From a virus (lineage: Duplodnaviria; Caudoviricetes), in the IMG/VR virus record IMGVR_UViG_3300026512_000014, positions 1 to 60,996 of that record: a stretch of 60,996 bases of DNA; one strand, written 5' to 3'. The translations under genes and the position numbers were made by a program. Under the pieces are notes generated by a model. The model searched no databases, was not told the DNA's origin, and was given only the letters and a program-made list of their open reading frames with translations. Positions 27,580-39,000 of this stretch are shown here, piece by piece. How positions within the stretch are numbered: the stretch's first letter is position 1; the number at the start of each line of letters is the position of its first letter.

Positions 27580-27774
27580 ATGGCAAATTTCACTGTGTAT
27601 AGACGTGATTATGACACAGATGAGTCACTTATAAGACGATTTAAAAAAATGACAAAGAAAATGAAAATTATAAAAAGAGTAAGAGATAAACAATTTTATA
27701 TAAAACCATCTGAAAAAAGACATAGAGAAAAAATGATAGAAAAATTAAGACACCAGAAAAGGGAGGTATTATGA
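27580..27774 (+). CDS. rpsU: Ribosomal protein bS21 homologue
   Basis: 64 aa, basic; ESLIRRFKK...FYIKPSEKR matches the bS21 signature; GGAGG SD. Confidence 0.9.
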   Translation: MANFTVYRRDYDTDESLIRRFKKMTKKMKIIKRVRDKQFYIKPSEKRHREKMIEKLRHQKREVL

Positions 27775-28325
27775 TTACTAAAGACACAGAATTCACATTT
27801 ATAATAGATATTAATAAAATGCCATTTGTTACAATACACAAAGATATAGACAATAGAAAAAGCATTTTATTTACATTAAATATTAAAAACCCAAAAGTTA
27901 CTATTAAGGCAGGTGATTTAAGCGTATATGCAATTGAATTAATTTATGGATATATTGAGTCTGGAGTTTTATCAGTTACTAACAAAGAAGAATGGGATGA
28001 ATTTATTGAGTATATTAAAACGAAAACAATTAAGAAAAAAGAGAATGAAGAAAATAATACAAAACATGTTATAGAAAATTCACCAACAGAAACAAAAGAA
28101 GACAAAAATAAAAAGAAAACAACAAGTGTTGTAGACATTACAGTTGATGAATTGTTAAAACTTAATGTTAATAAAATTAAAGCAAAATTAAAAGAACTCA
28201 AAAGTTCATTATCATTGGAAGATTTTAATGAATTTATTAACAATGTGGAAGAACAAGAAAATAAATCAGAATCACCAAGAATATCCTTATTAAAATATAT
28301 AACAGAATTAAGAGAGAAAGAATAA
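27771..28325 (+). CDS. Hypothetical protein
   Basis: GGAGGT SD; ATGA overlap with rpsU. Confidence 0.75.
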   Translation: MITKDTEFTFIIDINKMPFVTIHKDIDNRKSILFTLNIKNPKVTIKAGDLSVYAIELIYGYIESGVLSVTNKEEWDEFIEYIKTKTIKKKENEENNTKHVIENSPTETKEDKNKKKTTSVVDITVDELLKLNVNKIKAKLKELKSSLSLEDFNEFINNVEEQENKSESPRISLLKYITELREKE

Positions 28326-28326
28326 A

Positions 28327-29685
28327 ATGATTATTACGGGGATTAATCCTGCAAATGATACAACTGGTGTAGCATTAAAATCTCCAATTAGAATTATATT
28401 TGATGCAGTTGTTGATGAAACAACAATAGAAAATAGTATTACTATAACACAAATGGCATATGTATCAGAAGATACATTAGGCAGTATACAACCATTTACA
28501 GAATCTAAAAAAATGGAATATGAATATTCTGTTGATAATACTAACGGATATTCTATTTTAACTCTTGTACCAAAAGATTTATTTGATAAATCAAGAAGGG
28601 TTAGAGTTATTATAATGAACACATTATTAGATGAGAACGGAGACCCATTAGATAAAAATTATATATCTTATTTTGTTACTACATCACAGGATATTATTAA
28701 TCCCCCAGAAGAACCAAGTACAACAATAGGTGTATTACCAGATTTGAATGATATATTTGAGTCAATTGATACATCAAATGATGTTTCTCAATTATTTGTA
28801 ACAAACACATACCCAGAAGATGAAACTTGGGGATATGATAATGTTGATACTATAACATTCACATTTAATGAAAATATAGATATAAGTAATTATGTAATTC
28901 AATTTGCTACATTAAATCTTGACACACTTGAGAGGAAAACATTAGAAGAAAATGTAGATTTCATTACAGAAGTTCTTGGACAAAATTTAATTATTACATT
29001 ATTCACACCTATATCAGAAGATAACACAAAAATATTAATTAAATTAAAAAATATAGTTAGTACAGATGATAGCACTCATGTTTTAAAATCATATAGTTAT
29101 GAATTTGTTACAAATTTTAATCCTATTTATACCGATGTATCAATAGCATTGTCTGAAGCAGCAGCATTGTCAACTAATGATAGTTATTACTTAATGCATA
29201 TTATATTCTATGCATCAAAAGAAGCACAATTACTTACATCAACATGTACAGAATCTGATAAATTAACATATTATAAACAGAAATGGGTTCTTGCAAAAGT
29301 TATCAAAGATTTATTATCAAAAGCAATATTAAATATAGGCGGACTATTTACATCAGAAAAAACTATTGCATATGTAACAATACAAAGAAAAATGTCTGAC
29401 AGTCTTGTTCCAGAAGCATTAAAAATAGCAAATGATGATTTAAAAAGATATGAATTGCCGCTATTAACCTGTGGCGAAGCATTTCCCGACGCTCATCTTG
29501 CTGGAACAAGCGCATTAATATATGCAAATAGTAAAAACGTAATGCAGTCTGGTAGACTTAAGGCAGATAACAACACATCACTTGCTGCAAACACGTTAGA
29601 ACATGCAGAAGGTAATACAACTGATTACTTCGTAAAAACGTATGTAAGAAATAAACAAACATTTACATCTGATAGGAATCAATAA
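28327..29685 (+). CDS. Neck / head-completion protein with N-terminal Ig-like domains
   Basis: Two Big_5-like starts (INPANDTTGV..PIRIIFD; TYPED..ITFTFNENID) and a helical C-terminal domain. Confidence 0.7.
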   Translation: MIITGINPANDTTGVALKSPIRIIFDAVVDETTIENSITITQMAYVSEDTLGSIQPFTESKKMEYEYSVDNTNGYSILTLVPKDLFDKSRRVRVIIMNTLLDENGDPLDKNYISYFVTTSQDIINPPEEPSTTIGVLPDLNDIFESIDTSNDVSQLFVTNTYPEDETWGYDNVDTITFTFNENIDISNYVIQFATLNLDTLERKTLEENVDFITEVLGQNLIITLFTPISEDNTKILIKLKNIVSTDDSTHVLKSYSYEFVTNFNPIYTDVSIALSEAAALSTNDSYYLMHIIFYASKEAQLLTSTCTESDKLTYYKQKWVLAKVIKDLLSKAILNIGGLFTSEKTIAYVTIQRKMSDSLVPEALKIANDDLKRYELPLLTCGEAFPDAHLAGTSALIYANSKNVMQSGRLKADNNTSLAANTLEHAEGNTTDYFVKTYVRNKQTFTSDRNQ

Positions 29686-30209
29686 TGCCAGGTAATATAG
29701 ATTTAAGACAAGAAATATACAAAATATTCAGAGGCGGAGATGGAATCAAAGGGATAGGTCAATTAATTATCCACAGAAAAGTTAGAATGGATGATAATGG
29801 CGACTATATCAGATGCATCTGTTATGATAAAGTATCTGGAGACCATGGCATTGATAATTGTCCATACTGTCATGGTCTTGGATATCTTTTTGATGAACGA
29901 CTTGTGATAGGATATATAACTGATAAAATCCCTACAATTAATGATAAATTATTATTTAATATACTGCCTGGGGAAACAGGACAAGGAAAACATTATGCTA
30001 TTCTTGAATATTGGGTAGAACCATCTGAAAAAGATATGTTGTTAGAACCAATATATAATACAAATGTATCAGGAACGCAAAATGTAAAAATATATAGAAA
30101 ATGGTATATAACATCTGCTGCACCAATACGTGGCGATTATGGCAGAACTGAATATTGGGTATGTACAATAGAATATTACAATAAAAAAATAAGAGGCAAT
30201 TATGACTGA
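29685..30209 (+). CDS. Putative head-closure / neck protein with a Zn-binding insert
   Basis: CICYD...CPYCHGLG; position between head and tail genes. Confidence 0.65.
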   Translation: MPGNIDLRQEIYKIFRGGDGIKGIGQLIIHRKVRMDDNGDYIRCICYDKVSGDHGIDNCPYCHGLGYLFDERLVIGYITDKIPTINDKLLFNILPGETGQGKHYAILEYWVEPSEKDMLLEPIYNTNVSGTQNVKIYRKWYITSAAPIRGDYGRTEYWVCTIEYYNKKIRGNYD

Positions 30210-30933
30210 TTTAAGACCAGAATTTGACCCAACTTTGGTTCATATAAAAACACAAATATTAGAATCAAATGCATCTACTAATTTAACAATAGAAAGTGAA
30301 AAAAAATTATATACGCCACTTTCTTATTATGAATTCATAGATGTAATTGGAAAACTCTTTAAAGAGGCTGGGATATCAGCGCCATTATATGAAGAATATA
30401 ATGAATCATTTGATGAAATGCCAATTATAGTATATTCTCTTGTCCAAAAACGTCCAGGTGTATTTAGTAGTGCATCATACAAAAATGTACAAGATGATAA
30501 ATCAAGTTATACAAGAATATTAAAACCAATAGCAACATATAAACTTAAAGATATAAATAATCCAGGGAAAATTAAAATCATAGAATCATTCCCAAGAGAT
30601 TATATAATTAGATTTACACCATACTCTACATCTGTAAAAGAGTCTAATGAACTGGCATTTCAAATAGAAGACATATTAGTTAAATATAGGAAATTAATAC
30701 GTTTTCAAGGAATTCAAGATATTATATATTTAGGGAGTGATAAGAAGATGGTTATACAAAAAAACACAGGAACAAATTTCATAGGAACTCCCGTTGATGT
30801 TTTTGTGCGATTAGTACAAAAATATGAATTATATGAATACGAACTTGATAATATATTAGTTAGTGTTGGTATCCGTACCAATTATGATATAAATATAGAT
30901 ATTAACAATACTGAAGAGGAGAAAGTATTATGA
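30202..30933 (+). CDS. Putative tail terminator / completion protein
   Basis: Directly upstream of the sheath; PIIVYS motif. Confidence 0.6.
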   Translation: MTDLRPEFDPTLVHIKTQILESNASTNLTIESEKKLYTPLSYYEFIDVIGKLFKEAGISAPLYEEYNESFDEMPIIVYSLVQKRPGVFSSASYKNVQDDKSSYTRILKPIATYKLKDINNPGKIKIIESFPRDYIIRFTPYSTSVKESNELAFQIEDILVKYRKLIRFQGIQDIIYLGSDKKMVIQKNTGTNFIGTPVDVFVRLVQKYELYEYELDNILVSVGIRTNYDINIDINNTEEEKVL

Positions 30934-33386
30934 GAACATTATATCCAAACCTCCCTGGCGTCTTTATTGAAGATGTCGACGGAAGACTTGTTATTACTCC
31001 TGAAGGTAAAAACCATGTTATAGGCGTTTTCGGTACTACCGAATCTGGACCTGCATATTTACCTTCTGTTGTAACTGACTTCCAGTCAACAACACAGTTG
31101 TTTGGCGCTTACGGAACTGCAATTCAAGGTATTTTTGAAGCAATGCAAGGAAACCCTGAAACAATATCTGTTACAAGAATTGGCGGAGTTCAAACTCAAC
31201 TTATTCTTGGTAATGGATTATTAAAAATGACATTAAGAGAACCCGGTCCTAATTTCGCAAAATATTATGGTATAGCAATTTTTGTTGACCATGATGGAGC
31301 CAATTATTTACCAGATTCTTCTGCAAACTATTACAGAGTATATGACCTTACAAAAACAGATGAAAACGGAAATTACATTTTAGTATATAGTTCAAAAATT
31401 GAAGAACAGGACCAGTTTATCGGAAAAACAGATGTTTTTGTTGAAGTAGATGACTGGGTAGCGTTTTTTACTGCTGCTGCTAACTCTGGCATACTTGATG
31501 CAACGACACATACATTCGGAACAGAATCTGCGCCTGTATCTATTAAAGAAATTTATGATACACATATGCATAATAATACATTCTTCTTTGTTGCTCTTGG
31601 CAAAAATGGCGCAACAGATATGAAATTAACAGCAATGAAACTTATGGAAAGTATGCTTAAAGGATTTAATGCCGCTATGTCTTCTAATATGGACCAAGTT
31701 TTTGTACCTGGTGCATATCTTGACAATCCAAACATTGCTGATGACGAAAGATTACATACTGTATATATCTATAATGATGGAACAGCCGTAACAGTTGAGG
31801 GTGGTGACACATTTAAGGTAGTTATTGATGCAGATAATCAGTGGGAAATAACAGTTACAACTGAAACAACTATTTCAGAAGTATATAATACAATGGCTCA
31901 ATTAATTGACGGGACCGCAATGTTTGAAGCAACAACAGGAACTGATACAATTGGTTCTTTTACTGGACCATATTTAAAAATTACAGCAGCATCAAAAGGT
32001 ATTGGGTTTAATACCCCTGTTGCTACTTATAATGATGTTAGCGCTCCTTCTACAACAACATTTACATCATATGTAGCAGAAAGTATTCTTGACAACCAAT
32101 ATGTTTCAAAAACAACTGCTGTGTCAACTCCTGTTATTGAAACTGTCCCTGGCAATGCTCCCACTTCAACTGTATGGTATATTAATGACCCATATTATAT
32201 ACCTGGTTCTGAAGTATTATATTGGACAAGTGCACCAAACGTAATAATCCCTGAAGATGATTATGAAGTGATTGTAAACGGTGATATTGTATACTTTATG
32301 TTAAAATCTTCTGTTGTATCTGCTGTTGCTGATGATACACTTGCAGTTGAATATGTAAGAACAGTAAAAGACGCATTACCATACTTCAATTGGAAAGAAG
32401 AAGAGGGTGATATTGTAGTTGAATGGAGTTATTCAAAAGGATTGTCTGGTGAATATCATGAAGCAAATTTTGCCTATGAAATAGCAAGATTCTGTCATGA
32501 AGCATCTGTGAATGACCACGAAGTACTTGGTGTAGTTGGCGTTATGCCTCCAAAATCAACATCTCCAAGAGATATCGCAAGATGGATTGGAATTGCACCA
32601 ACATATGACCAATATGGTAGGATGACTGCCAATGGAACAGGGTTGCTTGGTAACAAACATATGGTAGGAACAATTGAATATGCTCCTGGATTTTATTACA
32701 CACAATCAAGATATATGGATGGTATCCCTGTTAATGACATAGATGGTAATCCAATTGACCTTGGTAAATACATCTCTGTTGTTGTTGGTTGGGGGTTAAT
32801 GAAAAATAATTACAAAGGTAAAGTATATGGATACTTCTCTTCATGTGAAGGTGTATTCGCTGCTGTTGACGAAATGTTGCCGCCTAAAATATCTCCAACA
32901 AATAAAGTATTACCATTAGTTGTTATCCCATATGTTGTATCAAAAACATTTGCTGATAAACTTACAAAATATGGCTATACAGTAGTTGCTTATGATAGAA
33001 AAATTGATTCTGCTTACGTAATCGATGCACCAACCGCTTGCAATGTTAACTCTGACTATAAGAGAAGACAAACAATGAAAATTGTTAAATTTCTTAATAG
33101 TTCATTAAGAGAATTGCTTAAACCATTTATTGGCGGACCAATGAATACAGCAATATTTGAATCGGTTAAAGGTAATATAGAATCAATGTTTAAATCTGCC
33201 ATGGCAGATGGAATGATTAATTACTATAACTTCAACTTGAAAGCAACACCAAGAATGCAAATTCAAAATTACGCAGAAGTTCATTACACAATCGTACCTG
33301 CTTTTGAATTAAAACAGGTATATGCTTATGCTGCGCTTAAAATACCAACTCAAACTCTTGGTGGAACTGGAACTTCACAAGGTTAA
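30930..33386 (+). CDS. Tail sheath protein
   Basis: LPGVFIE, GT.ESGP..P, FG..G at the N-terminus; PFIG..N and IVPAFELK at the C-terminus. Confidence 0.93.
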   Translation: MRTLYPNLPGVFIEDVDGRLVITPEGKNHVIGVFGTTESGPAYLPSVVTDFQSTTQLFGAYGTAIQGIFEAMQGNPETISVTRIGGVQTQLILGNGLLKMTLREPGPNFAKYYGIAIFVDHDGANYLPDSSANYYRVYDLTKTDENGNYILVYSSKIEEQDQFIGKTDVFVEVDDWVAFFTAAANSGILDATTHTFGTESAPVSIKEIYDTHMHNNTFFFVALGKNGATDMKLTAMKLMESMLKGFNAAMSSNMDQVFVPGAYLDNPNIADDERLHTVYIYNDGTAVTVEGGDTFKVVIDADNQWEITVTTETTISEVYNTMAQLIDGTAMFEATTGTDTIGSFTGPYLKITAASKGIGFNTPVATYNDVSAPSTTTFTSYVAESILDNQYVSKTTAVSTPVIETVPGNAPTSTVWYINDPYYIPGSEVLYWTSAPNVIIPEDDYEVIVNGDIVYFMLKSSVVSAVADDTLAVEYVRTVKDALPYFNWKEEEGDIVVEWSYSKGLSGEYHEANFAYEIARFCHEASVNDHEVLGVVGVMPPKSTSPRDIARWIGIAPTYDQYGRMTANGTGLLGNKHMVGTIEYAPGFYYTQSRYMDGIPVNDIDGNPIDLGKYISVVVGWGLMKNNYKGKVYGYFSSCEGVFAAVDEMLPPKISPTNKVLPLVVIPYVVSKTFADKLTKYGYTVVAYDRKIDSAYVIDAPTACNVNSDYKRRQTMKIVKFLNSSLRELLKPFIGGPMNTAIFESVKGNIESMFKSAMADGMINYYNFNLKATPRMQIQNYAEVHYTIVPAFELKQVYAYAALKIPTQTLGGTGTSQG

Positions 33387-33408
33387 TAAAAATTAAAGGA
33401 GATATATA

Positions 33409-34128
33409 ATGGCATATAATGCAACAAATCTCAATCCCACTGCTACAAGTTATACTTTTAGCAGTGTATCTGGGGTTGATATTAAAATGGTATTCCACGG
33501 AAGAGTAATTGGTGAAGTCCAGTCTTTTTCTTACAGATTGCAGAGACAAATTGTACCGGTTTATACACTTGGAACACAATATGCAAGGTCTTTTGGCTAT
33601 GGTACAACTGCAATCGCTGGGCAAATGTCATTTATTTTGACAAACAGAAATGCTCTTCTTTATGGAATCAGAGAGATTATGGCCGCTGGCCACTCATTAG
33701 AAAAACCATGGCTTGACAGAGAAGATGCTAAGCCTGACATGTTTGGCCCGAATGATGTCGCTGCTCCAATTGTTAATGCTAATGATACTAATTTTACAAC
33801 AGTTGGTGTAAGAAGAAATGATAATATCGTGGCAAGTCCGGTAAGTGAAACTGACCCTTATGTATACGTTGGTGAAGATAATTTAAACACTTCTCTTATA
33901 GAAGACCAAATTCAAATGCTTCCCAACCACGTTGGTGAAATTCCTCCATTTACTGTAACAATAGTGTCATCAAATGAAATGGGTCAAAGTTCAGTTATGA
34001 AAGTTCATGGCGTTAAATTACTTGCAGAAAGTTATGCAATTTCAATTGACCACATTACATCAGACCTTGTATTTGATTTCATTGCATTGTCAATTGACCC
34101 ATGGACACCAATTAATAGACAACAATAA
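33409..34128 (+). CDS. Tail tube protein
   Basis: Directly after the sheath; SGVDIK, SYRLQR, IAG, PPFTV..NEMG; followed by a terminator. Confidence 0.8.
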   Translation: MAYNATNLNPTATSYTFSSVSGVDIKMVFHGRVIGEVQSFSYRLQRQIVPVYTLGTQYARSFGYGTTAIAGQMSFILTNRNALLYGIREIMAAGHSLEKPWLDREDAKPDMFGPNDVAAPIVNANDTNFTTVGVRRNDNIVASPVSETDPYVYVGEDNLNTSLIEDQIQMLPNHVGEIPPFTVTIVSSNEMGQSSVMKVHGVKLLAESYAISIDHITSDLVFDFIALSIDPWTPINRQQ

Positions 34129-34148
34129 TGAAAAGATATTAATCTTTT

Positions 34149-34178
34149 GCCCCTCTTTTGAGGGGCTTTTTTATTTTT
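34149..34178 (+). terminator. Intrinsic terminator
   Basis: GCCCCTC-tttt-GAGGGGC-TTTTTT. Confidence 0.9.
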
Positions 34179-34222
34179 GTATGTTAACATTTATGTTATA
34201 TAATATATAACAGGAGGATGTA

Positions 34223-34888
34223 ATGAGTATATTTGATACACCACAATTTGCACAAGATTATAAAGAATTTGAAAATGAACATAAGGCATTCCAAACATTT
34301 TCAGGTGCCGACATACATGCATATATTCCATATTATGATGGTAGCAATGTAAGAATTATTAAATTTTCAGAAATACAAACAATAACGTATTCAATACACA
34401 GAGCAACAAAAAATATTTATTCACTTGGCAATCCATTACCTGTTGGTGTTGTTCAAGGTAGCAGAACAATTGCAGGTTCTTTAATTATGTATAAATTTGA
34501 TATGGATGCAATGTCCGAAATATTTAAAATATCATCAAATAATGCTATTATGCTTGACCAGTTACCACCATTTAATATATTAATAGATGTAGCAAATGAA
34601 ATGGGAATAAGAAGATATGTAGGAATATATGGTGTTAAAATAATAACAGAAGGACTTGTTATGTCTATACTTGACTTGTCAACAGAAGTAACATGCCAAT
34701 ATACAGCAATGGATATTGAACCATTAAGAGAATATAAAGAATTTGAAGCAAGAATATTACAATCAAATTATCCTACAATGGCTATTGATTTTCAAGAAAT
34801 TATAGATAATGAAACAGGTAGAGCACAATTTAGAAATAATCCTGTAAAACAAAGTAACGATATCTTAAACGATATAACAAATAGATAA
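34223..34888 (+). CDS. Tail-tube paralogue
   Basis: FSGADI, TYSIHR, RTIAGS, LPPFNI..NEMG..YGVK, colinear with 33409-34128. Confidence 0.8.
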   Translation: MSIFDTPQFAQDYKEFENEHKAFQTFSGADIHAYIPYYDGSNVRIIKFSEIQTITYSIHRATKNIYSLGNPLPVGVVQGSRTIAGSLIMYKFDMDAMSEIFKISSNNAIMLDQLPPFNILIDVANEMGIRRYVGIYGVKIITEGLVMSILDLSTEVTCQYTAMDIEPLREYKEFEARILQSNYPTMAIDFQEIIDNETGRAQFRNNPVKQSNDILNDITNR

Positions 34889-34911
34889 TACTAAAATTAT
34901 TGGAGGTTTTT

Positions 34912-35478
34912 ATGGCTGTAAAAAAGATTAATAACAACATGGAAGAAAAACAAAAAGAGACAAAAACAAAAGAAAAAGAAGTTGAACTTAATATCCAAAA
35001 CCCAGAAGACGCATATAACCCAGAAGAATTTTGTCCTACATGTGGTGCACATGTTAGTGAAGGTTGTGTACATATGCAAAAAGCAGAAGAAGAAGTACAA
35101 GAAGCAGTAAACAAAGAAGTTGGAGAAGATGCAGACCCCGTACTCCAAGCATTTAAAAATATAAAGAACAAACCATCTGATGAACAAATAAATGAATTAA
35201 AAGAAAAATTTAACAAAATTTATGTAACCGTTCTTGATGATAACCAGGCTTATATTTATAGAGCATTAAAAAGAAGTGAATGGATTGCATTGCAAGCGCA
35301 AGATTTAAAACCACATATGCTTGATGAACAAATTTTTAGAAGATGTGTAATTTGGCCAAAAGACATGACATTAAATATATATGATGCAGGTGTTGTTCCA
35401 ACTGTTGTTGCAATGATTATGAGAGTGTCTAAATTTATTTCAGAAGAGGAAGCAGTATATTATACACGTGAACTTTAA
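34912..35478 (+). CDS. Putative tail assembly chaperone with an N-terminal CxxC
   Basis: GGAGGT SD before the ATG at 34912; YRALKRSEW, DAGVVPT; position after the tubes. Confidence 0.65.
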   Translation: MAVKKINNNMEEKQKETKTKEKEVELNIQNPEDAYNPEEFCPTCGAHVSEGCVHMQKAEEEVQEAVNKEVGEDADPVLQAFKNIKNKPSDEQINELKEKFNKIYVTVLDDNQAYIYRALKRSEWIALQAQDLKPHMLDEQIFRRCVIWPKDMTLNIYDAGVVPTVVAMIMRVSKFISEEEAVYYTREL

Positions 35479-35480
35479 TC

Positions 35481-36074
35481 GTGGCTTATATAATAGATAA
35501 TATATTTAATTACAACCAAATATTTGATGCGCTCATAAAATATGGGCGCCTTTTTGTGTTTCTAAATGAAAAAGATAACGATATTATTATATTCAGACGC
35601 TTAACTGTATCTGAACTTGAATTTGTTATAGATAGAATTTTTAATGCTAACCAATTTCAAAAGATTATACTTGAAAATTATATATGGGATAAAATTGTAC
35701 TACATTATAATAAAAAACTTGATATAAATGAGATAGACGCAGGGCTACCAACAACAATATGCAATCTCGCATTAAGCAAAAGTGCAATATATGATATAGA
35801 TAAAGTTGTTGATGCAATTGAAGAAAAGAAAAAAGAACTTGGACATATTATCTCATTGCCAAAACTAATGGCATTAAAATTTAAACCAGATATTGATTTT
35901 GATAATATATCATATGAAGAGTTATTAACTTATGCTGCAATGTGGGATTCGCAGCAAGAATCATCATTAAAAGAAAGATATGAAGAAGCAAAACGTGAAG
36001 CAAAATTAAGAGAAGCAGAAGCAAAAAGCAAAGGCGCAATAGATGTTACCAAACAAAATATCCCAGGAATATAA
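35481..36074 (+). CDS. Putative tail assembly chaperone paralogue
   Basis: FRRLTVSE and DAGLPTT resemble the preceding gene. Confidence 0.6.
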   Translation: MAYIIDNIFNYNQIFDALIKYGRLFVFLNEKDNDIIIFRRLTVSELEFVIDRIFNANQFQKIILENYIWDKIVLHYNKKLDINEIDAGLPTTICNLALSKSAIYDIDKVVDAIEEKKKELGHIISLPKLMALKFKPDIDFDNISYEELLTYAAMWDSQQESSLKERYEEAKREAKLREAEAKSKGAIDVTKQNIPGI

Positions 36075-39000
36075 AGATAGACCACCAAAACAAGTTGGTC
36101 CGTTACATTATTTAAGAAGTAGAGTTAGAAATCCAAACAATATTCGTGTATCCCCTTCTGTTGCTGCTTATAAAAAAGCAAGAGATGATAACGAAAGATT
36201 ACTTAATTATGTGTCTCCATTAACAACCGCTGCATTAAAAACAACTGTTCCTTTATATTTTTTATCACAAATTAAAGACATAGATATAACTTCACAAACA
36301 ATAAGAAATTGGTATTTATCGCAGCCATTCAATAATATATACAAAAATTATCCATTTCCGACAGAAGCAGAAGCAAGAAATGCAACTATAAAAGTTGGTG
36401 ATGTAATACATCAATTATTTGTTAATCTCGAATCATTCGCATCACCAATATCTTGGCTTCAACCTTCTTCTTCGTTGTCACCATTTTTGATACCCACATC
36501 AAATAAATCACTTGTAATATCACCACAGCAAATTAAAAAAGACATAAAATATTGGAAAGAAGTAATTGATAAGGCAAATTATCCTGGGTTCTTTGATTCT
36601 ATTAAAACCGAGTTATTAGAAAGTGGTATTATAGTTGAAAATGGCGTACCAAAAATTAATAATGCATTAAGAACAGTCGTAGCCCCAAGAGCAAAATTTG
36701 TACAAAAAATATTAGAACTTAATACAAGAAGACAAGTTTCACAGACTTGGCTTGCTTATAGAGTTAAAAATAAAGCGGGCTATCATCCTGGGTCATATAG
36801 GGAATCATTTAATATATTGCTTGGTAAATCAACTGCTGATATATATTACAAATGGTTTAAAGCACAAGTTAGAGCATATTCATTAAGATATTTTAGATTA
36901 CTTGATGACCCTCTTGAATTCTTGTCATCATTTATCGGATTTGAAACAGGTGTAGAAAGAACTGCACTATATAAATCGTTTAAGAACAAATTTGGTGTTG
37001 GCGGTGCTAAATATTATGGTGAAAGTTTATATAAACTTTGGTTAAGACATATTGGGCTTGTTGGTAAAAATATTATTTTGCCATTAATAGCAGCAAAATA
37101 TACACATGAAAAATTAAAAGATATACATATAGAAAGCGGGATATTTACGCCAATAGCATATACTGGGGCAACATTAGATATTGGTAGAAGTATATATGGC
37201 AAACCATTTAAAGCAATAGCAGATGTTGGTGATAAATTTGTCCCAGGAATGTCAAGTCTTGGTGTTGCATTTGGCAATATAATGATGGCTGGTATTAATA
37301 CATATATTGGTGCCAGACTATTTCAATCTATAAGAACATCAGAAACATATGAAGCATTTTATAATATAGCAAACACATTTACTCCTTTAAATAAAAAAGG
37401 TCTTGAATGGTTAAGACCATTGTCAAAAATACAGCAAAAAGCATATTTAAGAGAAAAAGTTAAATATGAAATCCCAGAATTATTAAAAAAATTTATGCCA
37501 AGTAAACTTGGTGAATTTATAGAAAAAAGAATTGGTTCTGTTTCTCATATGGGCAAGGCTGCTCGTACTGCAATGATAATTGCTGGCATATTGTCAATTC
37601 CAAATGTAATATTTGGAACAGCAAGATTATTAGGTGGAGAGAAAGATACAAGCACTTTAATTCAAGAATATACAGGCCATAAAAATGTTCCTGTTTATCA
37701 ATCTCATGATTGGCTCTTTGGGCAACAGTACCGTGGTGGTGAATTTGCCGCATATATGGGACCAAATTGGTTTCAAAGAATGATACATGATTATAGAGGT
37801 AAAACATTATGGCGCAACAACGAAAGTGCAGAATTTAGAACATTAAAATCAATACCAATAATACAGGATATAATAAAACCATACTATCTTGAAGAAACAA
37901 ATTTTAAACATCAGCCATACCCAATTACAGGGCCTACGACATCTTTTCTTGGACCGATAGGTCCATTATATGGTGCAACACTTGGACAATTGTTTAAACC
38001 TACAAAATATATGTTTCCTGAACAATGGGCATTAACACAAAAAGATGCGCTTAAAAAATATGAACAAGAAAAAATTCCAACAGCAATATATCAACAAACA
38101 GTGGCACCAATACAACCCCACCAACAATCTGTAATGCAAGAAGTATATGGGACACCATTAAACGAACCTTTCATATTTGATGTTACAAAACCAGCAAGAG
38201 GGAAAGGGATAGAACCTTTAATAAGCCCATATTCTGCACCAATATTAACAGCACAAGCAATATCTGCATGGCAAGAAACAATAGGTCTTCCTGGTTATAT
38301 ATCAAGATTATTAGTAACAAATCCCGAAGAATGGTATTCGCAATATAATGTATTGCCATCTGCTTCTGAAATAAATTCATTATCAGAACAATATTATTAC
38401 ATGAATCTTGGTGACTATGGACAAACAGAAGCATGGAGACGTATAGTTATATTACAAAATGCAGCAAGAAAAGAATATAATATGATACAAAATGACCAAC
38501 CAGAGTGGATGCCAGACGAAGGTTTCTATATAAAATTTAGGCATGGAGACCCATACAGACAAATTTATAGAGGATATGAAAGAATACCAGGCCCTGGACT
38601 TACAGAAAGAAAAGAATTTGCTAATTTAAAAGGCGTTGAATATAAAAATTATCCATTATCAGCAAGACTATTAATTCTTGGCGACATAGCAATGACATCA
38701 GACCATTTTAAACAAACATATATGGTTGTTGATAAACTTGTAAAAGAAGGTAAAGCAACAAAAGATGAAGAGGCAGCACTAAAACGTGTAAGGTCTGAAT
38801 TTATACAAAAAATTTCATCAAGAAAATTTTTACCATATAGCAATAAAGAAGATTTATTACAGTGGTCATCATTAAATCCTATTAAAGGTGTGTTTAGATT
38901 AGCCCAAACATTAGAAGAATTAATTGTACATGCATCATCACCATTATCAGAATTATTGCCAGTTGCACCAAAAGAGAAATTCAGCATACATGAAACACCC

